Positions 36,417-49,774 are shown, numbered from the stretch's first letter. The stretch: 64,000 nt of DNA from Octopus bimaculoides (GCF_001194135.2 NC_069004.1:16012734-16076733); one strand, 5' to 3'. Numbers and translations: made by a program. Notes: generated by a model not told the origin, from the letters alone.

Positions 36417-37936
36417 GTTGATTTACCATTTAATTTGTTTCATGTCATCAATATTGTCTTCTATTTATCACTTTTCATAGACAAAGAAAAAGATGGTGTA
36501 AACAGTTAATCACATTAATTTCAGTTTAGAATAATTATAGATTGTGGTTGTTCCATAGAGCTGCCTTATACTGCAATTTGTGCACCAGTTAACTCTTTCT
36601 CTTTCTTTCTCTGCTAACAGACTTTATTTCATTTTGTCATGCATTTTGTGATCAATAGAAGACAGGGTGCTGTACCATGGAACCATGTGGTTGCAAGGCA
36701 AACTACTTAATCACACACCCATGTCTGTCTGTGCTCTGTTAACGAAGTTGTTATTTAATCTCAGGTCAGCCCTAATTCAGTTGATCTATATTTTTGCTGT
36801 GACAGTCCCATCTCTTGAAGTAAGCCATTATCATTCACCCATGGCAGTGGATAAATATATTCTTATGGTCAACTTTTATTTACTTGTGAGCACTTCTTGG
36901 TCTCATCACCAATTTACTTCTCAACCAAACTGAATGTGGTTTTTTTGTAGCAATGATGGTCCAGTCTTCAGCTATGCTTTGAGATCAGATAATTGAAAAT
37001 CGATTCATTAAAAAAAAGATTTCACCAAAATATGTGAGGTCAAAAATGTGAGAGTAAGGTGAAAATTTGACTTGAGTCAAAATATCTCAGTTATTTTAAA
37101 AGAAAAGTATAGATTAATTGAATTTAAAAGAAAGTTCTCTCCGAGAAGAATCTTTTGATGAAAACCACATTAAGTGCCAAAAAAGTTATAGGTAACCCCC
37201 AAAATCAAAATATCTCTGCCAATATTGAAGAAAACTATGCAACAGTTGTGTTCAAATGAAACAGCTCTATGAAATGAATCTGATGGTGAAAACCCCGTCA
37301 AAAAATATTAGCTACAAAAAAAATGTGGTGTGGCATTAAGTGACACAAAAAAGGGACCATTTTAACAAATTAAAATAGTTTTGTCATGTTAAGATATTTA
37401 ACATTATAAAAGTCAGCATGTGATGTCATATGTCGCTTAGCACACTTAACCAGAATTTGAGAGGTATGTTTCAATCCTCACTAGTGGTGTATTAGCCATT
37501 TTTTTCCCATTCTCTAAGGATATTGTGAAAACTTTGATTTCTAAGGGTATGGTATAAACCTTCTCAAAAATCATTAGCTACAAAAACTGTTGTCCAGCTT
37601 TCAGTGACCAAAAAATAAAGGTGATAATTTTAAGAAATCAAAATACTTTTGTTTTTCTAAAAGAAAAATAATGTTATTTGAACTCAGATGAAAGAGTTCA
37701 TCCAGGGGAATATTTTGGAGAAAACTTGCTCCAAAAATTATAGGCATAAAAATAGTTATGATTTTTCGCAATTTCATTCCTTCACTCTTTGGTCTGTGGC
37801 CATGCTGGAGCACTGCCTTGAAGGGTTTTAGTTGAATAAATCAACACATCGGTCTTTTGCCAAGCTGCTATGCTATGGGGACGTACACACGTCAAGCAGT
37901 GATGGGGGGCACAAATACAGACACGAAGACACACAC

Positions 37937-37971
<35 letters not shown>

Positions 37972-40246
37972 TATATCCTGCTGATCAAATTTCAAAATCA
38001 CATGGTTACATTTTATCAAACTACCTCTTTCTGCGAGTGTATCTTCCCAAATATTTCATGAGATTAGTGAAATATTTGGGAATATGTGACTGTTCAAGCT
38101 AAATTTTAGCTCCCATTTCTAGCATTTATTAATTTTACTTTTTTGGTTTTAATTGTTAAAGTCACCTCTATTATAATGTATTTAATATATTATTGTAATA
38201 TCTTATTGTATGTATATATATATATATATATATATAACGTGAGAGAGTTAGGGGTTGGGGGTTCAACCCACTAAGGGATAGTATCTATCCAGTCTAGGCC
38301 GAAACAGCTGTAAGATTAAACTTCTGTTCATCCTCTAATTCCTTATGTACTTTGTACTTCTATATGTAAACCAGGTTGGCAAAATAACATAGTCTGCCAT
38401 AGACACCTGTGCTTTGGTTCTTTCTTTCTTTTTCTTTCTTTTTTTGTCACTTTTGCTATGAATTAAATTAATGAATTCAACGGGATACACCNNNNNNNNN
38501 NNNNNNNNNNNNNNNNNNNNNNNNNNNNNNNNNNNNNNNNNNNNNNNNNNNNNNNNNNNNNNNNNNNNNNNNNNNNNNNNNNNNNNNNNNNNNNNNNNNN
38601 NNNNNNNNNNNNNNNNNNNNNNNNNNNNNNNNNNNNNNNNNNNNNNNNNNNNNNNNNNNNNNNNNNNNNNNNNNNNNNNNNNNNNNNNNNNNNNNNNNNN
38701 NNNNNNNNNNNNNNNNNNNNNNNNNNNNNNNNNNNNNNNNNNNNNNNNNNNTTTTTCTTATTTTGTTTTTGTATTAAATTATGTACTTATTAAAAACATA
38801 TGATAAAAAATTTCACTTATGAAAAACTAATTATTAATTATTTTATTTGAATATAACATTATTTTATAATATAAATTGCTCAAAAACATATTTATGTGCA
38901 AACAAAATTTCTAAGTTTGAACAAAACCTGTTTTTAATAAATATTTACAGTAGTATCACTTTAACAATTATAAAGGTAAATATAATAATTATAATGATTG
39001 AAGTGTTGTCTGGAAATAAAGTGGGCCAGAATGAAAAATGTGGGTGAAGAATCCTAGAATATTCTTAAGTAGTGAACCTGGGAAAGTACAGAACAAGTAG
39101 CAATTAAACCTGGAAAATACAGGACAAGAAGGTAAAATACTTCAAATATTGCTGCTGAAGTTAGAATTTGCTAAATAAATTTTTGAAATTGTTTATGAAA
39201 TAGCATTTGTATTATTTTGTTCTTCATATTTTTTTGGCTCTTTATTGCAAATTTAAAAAAAAATTTAAGTTAATATTCTTGATTTAAAAATTTCTTTGTA
39301 TTAAGCTAAAACATTTCTGACTTATTTTTAATTATTATATTATTTTCTTTTTCTTAACAAAGCTCATTATACAAAAATTTTAAATCAGATATTGTGTTAT
39401 AAAATTAAACTCATTTAGAATATATATGTAATTCAAAACAGTAAAATATAGTAAAAAAAAATGTTTTAAGAACCAAAAGAATTCATTTCTTTAAAGTTTG
39501 CATTATGAGACAACAAAATATTTTCTATTTACAGTTAGCAAAATATTTTTAAAAAATGAAAACTAATGAACAAACTGACTACAAAATCCAGAAATGACTT
39601 TTTTTTTAGGGGCTATAGTTGTCAATTTTGCTTAAATTGCTATTATGTTGTTTTTAAATAAAGAAATTTGTAATATTAAATTTTTAATGTGAAAACTTGT
39701 CTTTTCACTAAAATCAAAAATAGATAGCTTCTTGAGTATTTTAATTTAAACTTATAAGTAAAAATAAAAATATATATTTACTATTTTAGTTTTTAAATTC
39801 TAATTTCAGCAGCAATATTTTAAGTATTTTTTTCTTCTTGTCCTGTACTTTTTCAGGATTGTCATGTACTTTCCCAGTTTCAACACTTAAGAATATTCTA
39901 AGATTTGCGCCCACATTTTTCATATTAGTACAGTACTGCTAGGAGCCTTGGACTACAAAAATGTTCCAGTAGCATGATATGTATTCCAGGACATATGTAT
40001 AATTAAATCTAATTACCTAATATATATGTACCAAATATTGTAAAATAGATAATAAACCGTTACTGAGAGCTAAGTTCAATCTTCAGTGGAAACCAGTTCG
40101 TTTGTGTGATTAATGATGTTGAAGGAAAAATATGGATGCCACAACATACTAGTTTTTTGTTTCCCTCAAGTATTATACATCCTTTATGATTAGTTGGCTG
40201 AAAACAATATTGTTGATAACATTGTTGCAATTGCTCTTCTACCCAG

Positions 40247-40367
40247 ATTTGTCAATGCCCTGTACCCCTCTGCAGATGATGATGTTATCACCTCGCCATA
40301 TAACAGTGTCCTAGCCATGCATCAGTTGACAAACAAAGCTGATTGTGTTCTGCCAATTGAGAACCAG
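40247..40367 (+). CDS. TUBE1: Epsilon-tubulin exon 7 (FVNALYPSADDDVITSPYNSVLAM...VLPIENQ)
   Basis: acccag| acceptor, |GTATGT donor, 121 nt; DDVITSPYNS motif. Confidence 0.96.
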
Positions 40368-40398
40368 GTATGTTATGAATTAAGTGGACAAGGAGTTT

Positions 40399-40402
<4 letters not shown>

Positions 40403-40492
<90 letters not shown>
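40403..40492. repeat. (CT)45 microsatellite just downstream of the TUBE1 exon 7 donor
   Basis: Uninterrupted TC dinucleotide run. Confidence 0.95.
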
Positions 40493-40494
<2 letters not shown>

Positions 40495-40851
40495 ATGTAT
40501 AAGTGTCTCTATTATGTGGCAAGGGAGTCTCAAGAAGTCATTCTACCTACTAGAAACAGCATCCAAACCTCTCAAAACACCCTACATTCTTAAAAAAGAA
40601 CACATTGGCTAAACTTGTCTGAAAGAAGATGGGATGGTTTGGTCATAGGTCTGTGCAATCAGGGCTACCTTGGAATGAAACAACAGCAGTAACAACACAA
40701 TAATAATAACAACTATAACAAAACCAGAAATAATTCCATATTACCATGTCAGCAGTAGAGCAAGGAATAATATGTCATCAAACTTTTGAATCATGTCAGA
40801 GATGTTTATTTCAGTGTCTTTGTGATAATTTATAACTTGGAGATGTTTCAG

Positions 40852-41045
40852 GCTTTGGTAGATATTGTGGACAAAATTGGTCAAGCAGTTCCATGTGCGA
40901 AGTCAGGGAAGAGAACTTACAATAGTAAAATTCTACTAAACACTGCCATCTGTGCAACCAATACCAAGTTATCCAAGCTAACCAAACAAAAGCCTTTTGA
41001 CTCAATGAACAACATTGTTGCTAATTTGATACTTAACATGACCAG
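40852..41045 (+). CDS. TUBE1: Epsilon-tubulin exon 8 (ALVDIVDKI...KPFDSMNNIVANLILNMTS)
   Basis: tttcag| acceptor, |GTATTC donor, 194 nt; KPFD.MNNIVANL motif. Confidence 0.95.
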
Positions 41046-41369
41046 GTATTCATGATCTTTATATTTCATACTCTTTTATTCATATACACCCTGAATGTTT
41101 GTGAACAGTATTATAATTGATGTTGGGTTTCTAACAGGGATAAATCTCTGATTTATTTGATTCATCAGTGGCAAGAGTAATAAAGGACTGTCGCTGTAGC
41201 TGAAGTAGAATAAATATTTCATGTAATATTTTTGTTGGTTATGATGCTTTATTGGCGTTCTTGCCGGAGTATGCATCTTTGACTGATGTACATTGGTAAA
41301 CAATATCCCCATACATGTACATATACCCAAAAATATGTCTCTCTCTGTTATATGTATATATATATATAC

Positions 41370-41530
41370 CACTCTCTGAGTGGTTGGCGTTAGGAAGGGC
41401 ATCCAGCTGTAGAAACTCTGCCAAATTTAAATTGGAGCCTGGTGTTGCCATCCGGTTTCACCAGTCCTCAGTCAAGTCGTCCAACCCATGCTAGCATGGA
41501 AAGCGGACGTTAAACGATGATGATGATGAT
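41370..41530 (+). mobile_element. RTE 3'-tail-derived short element with (GAT)n tail
   Basis: ttggcgttaggaagggcatccagctgtagaaactctgcc...ggacgttaaacgatgatgatg. Other copies lie at about 30585-30675, 31075-31300, 35088-35370, 35650-35800, 44455-44665, 59800-60245, 60318-60510 and 61745-62060. Confidence 0.8.
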
Positions 41531-42029
41531 ATATATATATATATATATTTTAACTGGTTTCGGCCAGAGGCTGAGGCCATGCTGGAGCACTGCCTTCCTG
41601 TGTGTTTGGTTTTTTTTTTTTCTGTACTGTGAAGTTGGACAGAAGTGCTCTTCTTTGTGCCTCCTGTCACAATGTGGGTTCATCTGGTATCTCAGATAAA
41701 AATTGTCCAGATGCTCTTTGAAGACCTCTATATCTACACCTCACAAATATCTGAGGTTGTCTGGCAGTATCTAAACTATTTCTTGACCTACAAAAAATAT
41801 ATTAATTTACTAAAACCCCTCACAAAACTAAAATCAAATAACTCTTCCAAATCAAATATATTAACAAAACCATAATATCTAGGATAACTTGCATGAACTC
41901 AAATAAATAAAACCCTCATTAATGATATAGATAAACCTTTAGAAATAATGAAAAACCCTCTCTAGTTCGGTGATTGATATAGTTTTCAGTTCCAGGGCTG
42001 GGAGCTAGACCTTCCAAGATCTTTCATAT

Positions 42030-42950
42030 GTACATCACTTCATATCTTTCATGTGGATTCCCTGGTCACACACTGACTCTAGGATTGCACTATCCTGGCC
42101 CTGTGTATTCCAATTGTAGTGTTTGTGGGCTGATTGTTGAGTACTTGAACCTTCACAGCATTGAACTGCATGTTATTTTCATCAGCCCAATTTGTATATT
42201 GCATTCAGGTTGTTTTACAGTTTCATCAGGCCTATTTCATCAGGGTCCTTGACCATCTGTGATACTTTTGTAGCATCTCCATAGCTGCTGAGAGTGGCTG
42301 AGGGCATGTCTGAGAGAACCACCACAAACAGTAATGATCCCCAGACAGTTCCTTGAGAGACTCCATTGCAAATTGATGTCTCCCCAAAGAGAGTGTCATT
42401 GGCTGCAACTGTCTGACTTCTTCCAGTTAAAAAGTCATGCAGCCACTCTTCTAGTTTTCCAGTTACACCAAACTCATGCAATTTGTCACATACCATGCCA
42501 TGATCAACTTTGTCAAAGGTTTTGGCAAAGTCGAGATATATCACATCCACATTAAGTGGTTAAGTTACTGCTGTTTCAGTATCTTGTCATAACGTTGTAA
42601 ATGTGTGCGGTAGCTCTTCCCTAGATAGAAGCTATGTTGTGTTTGTGACCAAATTATTTTCTTTCAGCCTCCCCTTCACAATGTGTTCAATGACCTTGTG
42701 AAGTCAGAGAGATAGGCCTGTAATGTTTAGCAGCTGCTCTGCTTCCACCTTTATGGACAGGGCATATGATACCTTCTTTTAACAATTTGGTAATTTTACC
42801 ATTTGCAAGGAAACTCTGAAAAAGTATATGTAGTGGTTTTGCAAGAGCTTTCTTGCATGTCTTTAATAGAACAGTCAGATATCCATCTGGGCTCATTGCT
42901 GAGTTTGAGTTCATCTCATCAATGGCCACCATCACATCTTTTATGTCCCA
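42030..42950 (-). mobile_element. CR1/L2-type LINE RT fragment
   Basis: DVIYLDFAKTFDKVDHG...LHDFLTGRSQTV...NGVSQGTVWGSLLF; SAMSPDG...ICPVHKGGSRAAAKHYRPISLTS. Confidence 0.85.
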
Positions 42951-42959
42951 AACTTGCAG

Positions 42960-44130
42960 GCCTTCTTTGCCTTTTATCCTTTTGGGGTTGATAAAATAAG
43001 TACCTGTTGAACACTGGGGTTGACTATAATTGACTTACTCCCTCCCCAAAAATTGCTGGCCTTGTACCAACATTTGAACCATCATCATCATTATTATTAT
43101 TTTCAAATTCCGCTGAGGTTGACTTTGCCTTTCATCCCTTCAGGATCAATAAATTAAGTACCAGTAAAACACTAGGGTCAATGAAATTGACTAGTCCTTT
43201 ACCCCAAAATTTCAGGCCTTTTACCTATAGTACAAAGGATTATTATTATTATTCTAAAGGCAGTGAGCTGGTAGAATCATTAGCATACTGGGAAAAATGC
43301 TTAGCAGTATTTCGCCTGTCTTTATGCCCTGAGTTCAAATTCTGCTGAGGTCAACTTTGCCTTTCATCCTTTTGGGGTTGATGAATTAAGTACCAGTCAA
43401 GGACTGGAATCGATGTGATTGACTTACCTGTTACCTGCAAATTTCAGGCCTTGTGCCTATAGTAGAAAGGATTATTATTATTATTATTAAGAAGACAGTG
43501 AAGTAACAGAATGATTAGCATGCCAAACAAAATGCTTAGTAGCATTTTGTCCATCTTAATGTTCTGAGTTCAAATTCCACCAAGGTTGACTTTGCTTTTC
43601 ATACTTTCGGGGTCGATAAAATAAGTATCAGTGAAACACTGGGGTTGATGTAATTGACTAGACCCTCCCCCAGGATTTCAAGCCTTGTGCCTTCAGTAGA
43701 AAGAGTTATTATTACTATTGTTATTATTATTATTATGATTATTAAGGTAGCAAAGCTGGCAGAATTGTTAGTGCACTGGATGAAATGCTTAGCAGTATTT
43801 CGCCCATCGCTACATTCTGAGTTCAAATTCCACCAAGGTTGTCTTTGCCTTTCATCCTTTCAAGGTCAAAAAAATAAGTACCAGTTGAACACTGGAGTCA
43901 ATGTAATCAACTCATCTCCACCTCCCCCAAGCTGCCCTCATGGCAAAAATTTGAAATAATTATCATTTATTATTCAGTGCCCTCAGCCTTCACCTTTGTG
44001 GCAAATAAATGAAATCATCATCATTATTATTATTATATGATGATAAACTAAGCCCCAGTTGAGCACTGAGTTTGATGTAACCAATTTGCACCCCTCCACC
44101 AAAATTTCAGGCCTTATACTTATAGTAGAT
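42960..44130 (+). mobile_element. Head-to-tail array of tRNA-derived SINEs separated by (ATT)n (same family as 26560-28620, opposite strand)
   Basis: About 5-6 copies with A-box-like agctgg(t/c)agaa, B-box GAGTTCAAATTC, central ttgcctttcatcct...taagtaccag, and tails ending gaaaggattatt or gaa(a)ccatt/atc. Confidence 0.85.
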
Positions 44131-44191
44131 TGTTGTTGTTGTTATATAAAAAAAACCTCACATTATTCTTTTTTTTTTTTTTTTTTGTCAG

Positions 44192-44332
44192 TTCATCTCG
44201 GTTTGAAGGTTTGTTAAATGTTGATTTAAATGAATTAGCCACAAACCTGGTTCCTTACCCAAAACTTCATTACCTTGTGGCCAGTCAAACTCCCCTCTAT
44301 GCATTAGCTGATGTCAACATTGCTCCACGTCG
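44192..44332 (+). CDS. TUBE1: Epsilon-tubulin exon 9 (SSRFEGLLNVDLNELATNLVPYPKLHY...IAPRR)
   Basis: Long T-tract gtcag| acceptor, |GTAAGT donor, 141 nt. Confidence 0.96.
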
Positions 44333-44381
44333 GTAAGTTAAAACATTTTTTGTCTTGATAATTTTATGCTTATATGTATGC

Positions 44382-44412
<31 letters not shown>

Positions 44413-45319
44413 ATAACTGTAACACAACAACACATAGAATACCAGTAACATCATCGTCATCATCATTTAACATCTGTTTTCCATACTGGCATGGGTTGGA
44501 TGGTTTGACAGGAGCTGGCAAGCCAGAAGACTTCACCAGGCTTCACTGTCTGTTTTGACATGGTTTTTATGGCTGGATGCCTTTCCTAATGCCAACCACA
44601 TTACAGAGTGGACTAAGTGCTTTTTACATGGCACCAGCAGATGGATCACCAAGTAACTTACAAGAGAAAGATAGTAACTTGCAAACTTTTCTTTTTATGG
44701 AGGCACAGTGACTGTGTAATGCTCACATGCTCGTGAGTTCAAATCTTGTTTAAGCTTTTGCAATGGGATCTTAGATAAACAATCATCTCACACTTTGTGT
44801 TAGAAAAATCTTTATTCCCACTTCACAGTTCAAAGTTTAGTGGACAGCCAGGTATGAGAGAAAGTATCAAGCCAAACCTGCAAGTGAAAAAAAATAAATT
44901 CTGTTAATTTAGTATTAATATATTCACTCTGGTGTTAATATATTCATTCTGCAAGCTAGTTCAGTTGTTAGAGAATCAGTAAAAATGCTTTGTAGTATTT
45001 CTTCTAACACATTACACTCTGAGGTCAGCTTTGCTCTCATGCTTTCAGGGATACTAAAATAAGGATCAGTTGAGCACTGGGAGAAGGGGGGGATGTAATT
45101 GACTTGCCCCCTCCCTTAAAATTTCTGGCCTTATGCCAAAATTAACAAAGGAGCAGGAAGAAATATATTCATTCTTAGCACTGTTTGAATGAATGGTTTA
45201 AAAGTTTGCTTTGCAACCACAAGATCTTGGGTTCAATTCTACAGCATGACACCTTTGACAAATATCATATCCTATAGCCTCAGATTACCCATAACTTGTG
45301 AGTGAAATTAGATATGACA

Positions 45320-45763
45320 TGATATCAAGAAGTTCTACTGTGATGTTTTGAAGCATTCAAGGGAGGACATTCAGCAAAAGCAACCAGATCTATGGAGTGC
45401 GAAAAATTCAATTCTTCACAACAATGCATCCTGTCACCGAGCTCTCCTCACTTGTGAGTTTCTCACCAAAAACAACATGGTATCACTTCTGCACTAGCCC
45501 TATTTGACAGATTTAGCACCTGCAGACTTTCATCTCTTCTCCAAGATAAAAATGCAGCTCAAAGGTTGCTATTTTAACACCATTGTCAAGATCCAGAGTG
45601 AATCACAGAAGATCCTTGACTCAATCCAAAAGTGGCAGGAATGCTGGGACTGGTGTATTGCTATGCAAGTTGACTATTTTGAAGGAGATAATGTTAAAAG
45701 TTAGGTAAATAAGCTATTTTTGATTAGACATAATTAGTCTGAGGACTTTTTGATACTACCTCA
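45320..45763 (+). mobile_element. Mariner 3' fragment with terminal inverted repeat
   Basis: SREDIQQKQPDLW...EFLTKNNMVSLLH*PYLTDLAPADFHLFSKIKMQLKG; it ends gactttttgatactacctca|TA. Confidence 0.8.
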
Positions 45764-46421
45764 TAGATAGAAATTATATAAAAAAGCCATTGAGTGTGTT
45801 GTACCTGAAAAGATACAACCTTGTCACACACAATTTCAGGCTGATTCTGCCTGAGAATGACATTAAGGATACAAGTGTCTGTGGAATTCTTAGTCACTTA
45901 CATTTTAATACAGGAGCAAGTTATTCAGTTGATCAAATAAATGAATCTTCATTGTCACATGATGGAAATCCACCATCATCACAATATATTCAATGAAATA
46001 AATATAGGAAAAAAAAAAATAACTAAAAAAATTTGAGGTGTTAAAAAACATCAATAGTAATCATTGAATAATATTGCTTCAGCAAGTAAGGGGAGGCAAC
46101 TCCAGGCATGTTTTTGTCATATTGAACTTCAGCACAGCATAATTTCACTGTAATTGATGAAGTAGTATTCATAGCAAAATAGAAATGAAACAACATAGGA
46201 CTTGATTCATCAGCAAAGCATATATGGAGGTCATAGAATGATTGGGTAAAACTTTTACAGTATTTATTTTCATCCCTCTAGATTCTGAGTTAAAATCTTA
46301 CATTATATTGCATCTCTTCAAGTTAAGTAAAGATCCATTTACCTTGTGACTAAATCAGAAGAAATCAATTCATCTAAGACAATCTTATTTCTCAACCTTT
46401 TTTCTGTATACTTTTTAACAG

Positions 46422-46562
46422 TCTTGACCAAATGTTCTCTGATGCATTTTCAAAGGACCATCAACTGATAAAAGCTGACCCCAAACACAGTCTTTACCTT
46501 GCATGTGCCCTCATGGTGCGAGGAAAAGTGAGTATTTCTGACATGAGAAGAAATATTGAAAG
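46422..46562 (+). CDS. TUBE1: Epsilon-tubulin exon 10 (LDQMFSDAFSKDHQLIKADPKHSLYLACALMVRG...MRRNIER)
   Basis: tttaacag| acceptor, |GTGAGT donor, 141 nt; near-identical to vertebrate epsilon-tubulin as recalled. Confidence 0.96.
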
Positions 46563-48184
46563 GTGAGTAGTGTGCAACAGTGTAGAACTGTTGTCCCCAC
46601 TCTGTCTATTCTTTATTATCATTCTTTCAACTCCTGTTTGTAACTGGCTGAGTTAAAAGTGAGGCCATACTCTCAACTATAAAGAAAAAGCTCAATGAAG
46701 AGTTAGGCTACCAACAGGCATAGTGCAACCGTGCAAGAAAAGCCTGTTCCCTCAAAACAGTTGTTTTAAAAGATTTTTTTTTTTAAATATTAAAAGTGAT
46801 TTATGGTGAAGCAAAATTAGAATTGAGTTTACCTTTATTACCTTTTCATAGACTGTATATACCTTAATATTCTAACCATCTTTGAAAATAGTAGCCAATG
46901 TAGAAATCTTTCATTTTCTAAATCATCATTTTGGTCAGTTTTATTTTGTCCAGAAAAACACCTAATTTTCCATTTTAAGAACACATGCTGATCAGGTGCT
47001 GTAAATTTTGGAAAAATCTCTCACACAAAATGGAATATTTTTGTGTGTTGTGCTCAGTAAATCTGTATACCATTTACGTCTTTAAAAGCCTTCATTTTTA
47101 TACTCATTATCACAAGTCTAGCTTTCAAAAATAGTTCAATCATTTGAATCATTTCCCATATTTTGCTTTTAAATTCTTTGTTTTTTTGGCTAATTTTAAA
47201 AAAAAAACATTTATTTTGAAATGTCAAATAGTAAGCTCTCTACTGGTGTATGTGGATTTTCCTGTACAAGAGTAGCACACAAGGAAATGCTTGTTAACAA
47301 CAGTACACTTTGTTTATATTTTATTGAAATAGAGAATTACTACTGACTGGTATGACAATATAATCATATTCAAATATGGTAAAATATGTAACATGTTTAA
47401 TGAGAAATGTAACCCTATTGAAATTTGAAAATTATTGTACCTAATTTGCATGTTTAAGATTTGTATAAATAGATACATACAATTGTTTTAGAAGATACAG
47501 CTAAGCTAAATAACCTGCATATCAAGTTTGATTTGTGTACTACTTACACATATTAATTTGTGTACTACTTACACATAATTTAGTTATTATTCAAATATCT
47601 TTCTATATTTGTAGGTGAAATTTTTACTGAAAACTGCATTTTCAAGAATTTGTTGTACATGATACACAGTAAATTTTATTTGTCTATGAATTGAAAACTT
47701 GTATAAATATCATACCTAATGTATACAACCATTATTGCTACTACAACATACCACAACCACTAATCCTCACTGTTTCTTCTACCACTTCTACTAAAGTGTC
47801 TGTAGCTGTGAGCCGATCCCTATTAACAGTACAATAATCCACAGAGTTTGTGCACCCCTCTGGGTTCTGCCATGTTAAATAGATTAGAGATAAATCTCCT
47901 CCAAGATAAGACACTGAACCATCAGTGATAGCTCCTGTTGCAGAATGAATTAAATTCAAAACTGCAAGCTAACTAATCATCCACTTGAGGTAGCTTTTGT
48001 GTAATCACTCAGCCTGTTAGAAATAACAGCCAAAGCTCTCTCAAATCAAAGAAGACATATTAAAGAAGGTGTATCGAGATACATCATGACTGATATAAAA
48101 GCAAATTGGTCATAACCTTTGATCAGAGGTTTCCACTTTCATTGTTTATCTGAGATTGATCAACAGCAAATTATTCATACCTAC

Positions 48185-48600
48185 ATATAGCCAAGTAGAC
48201 TGAACTGCTGACAATTAAGTGTCTTGGTCATAGACACTGTGCTGTGAACTCTATCATATTGTGGTGCCTAATTACAGCTAGATGGACTGGATCCTTAATA
48301 GTTAAGTGTCTTGGTCATAGAGACAGTACTGTGAATCATACCGTACTGTGTAACCTACTTACAGCTAGGTAAATTGGATTGTTGATGGTTAAGTATCTGG
48401 GATATAGACACAGTACAGTGAACTGTACCACACTGTAGTACCTATGTATTATTAGGTCAGCTGGACTGTTCACAGTTAAGTTCCTTGGTCATAGATACAG
48501 TACAATACACTGTAGTACCTACTCAGAGCCAGGTTGACAGGATTGTTGACAGTTCTTTGGCCATGGCCATAACCTGTGACAAGATGTGAACTGCTGACAT
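48185..48600. repeat. About 88-bp minisatellite, about 4.5 diverged copies
   Basis: ttaagt(gt)cttggtcataga(c/g)acag...cctac(t)tacagctag units recur at about 88-bp spacing. Confidence 0.7.
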
Positions 48601-49099
48601 CTTTGCTGGTCATTCAGTACCCTATCAGCAAATCACAAACTCAAAAGGTTAGGTATTGGATTCCCTATTTAGGAGTCATTGGTTCAAATCTGTTACAGCC
48701 CCTTTCATTTTTTTTTTTTTTTTGTGTGTGTTTTAGTTGAATATTTTATTCAGCATTACCTCAGTTTATTCAGGTTGTGATGGGTAAGGTACCTGACCTT
48801 CTATGAGGAAGGTCACGGAGCTGATCAGCCATCAGTGAACACCTGTGATGGCAATTGACTTTATTGAAGAAGTGTGAAAGATAAATATTGGTTCATCATA
48901 CTCTTTCTTCCTCCACCTGAGGGCCAAGCTGACTATAGAAGATAAACATCAGGCTAATTGTTCTGCAGAATCACACACCTTTCCTTCCTGGTCTTGTCTT
49001 CCATCTCCAACTTTTCATGTGATCTTTAACAAGAACTCCTTATCACAGAACCAAGAATAGTCTCAAAATTTTGTAGGCATTGTCCTTTATCAATTAAAT

Positions 49100-49389
49100 C
49101 AGTGGATCCCAAACTTATATTGTCAAGGATCCCTTATACAATTTCCTACAAATATTTCCTACCTATATTTTACAAATAAACTGCACTACTCTACTTTGAT
49201 AAACCATTAAAGGAAACGCAGATTATTTTACTGAGAAAAATATATTCACATAGAAGTTGATAACTTTATTTTGAAAAAATATACACTATTTCTTTTAAAA
49301 TTCATATTAAAAGCTCCTTTATCTTGCAAAATTCTAAACATTTTTCATAGAACTCTGAGATTTCTTTGAATGCACTTTTAGAAACACTG
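49100..49389. mobile_element. hAT (Charlie-type) MITE with 8-bp target site duplication
   Basis: Termini CAGTGGATCCCAAAC and TTTTAGAAACACTG; flanks AATTAAAT / GATTAAAT (7/8 match). Confidence 0.75.
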
Positions 49390-49774
49390 GATTAAATTAC
49401 AAAAACAAATGAACAAGAATTAGCTCAATTGCTGTATTAGTAAATTCTAATTTATGTAAATTCACTGAAAGTGATTTCAAATTTAAATTTTAAAATTCCA
49501 CCATGACATTAATCTGACACAATGATTAAGAAAGGCATCAATATCACTCCTCTGTGTCACATATCTCCACTCCAGAGCAATCTAAATATTAGTGAAGAGG
49601 TTAAATTCTAAAATATCCAAATCTACAGATATGTTGTAATGATGCCATTGGTTACAACAATATGATAGCTCAGTTTGCTTGATGTTATACAACATCTAAT
49701 TGTTTTATGAACATATAATATATATATATATATATATGTATATGTATAGGTAATATAATACAATAATAATGTTT

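Noticed and set aside
38255-38320. GGCCGAAACAGCTGTA with a partial hairpin (ggatag-tat-ctatcc), resembling the 3' half of a hammerhead
   Set aside because: The CUGANGA core and most of the 5' arm of stem II are missing; it is at best a deleted remnant.
43258-43345. tRNA-like A/B boxes
   Set aside because: These are SINE heads; no cloverleaf or acceptor stem supports a true tRNA gene.
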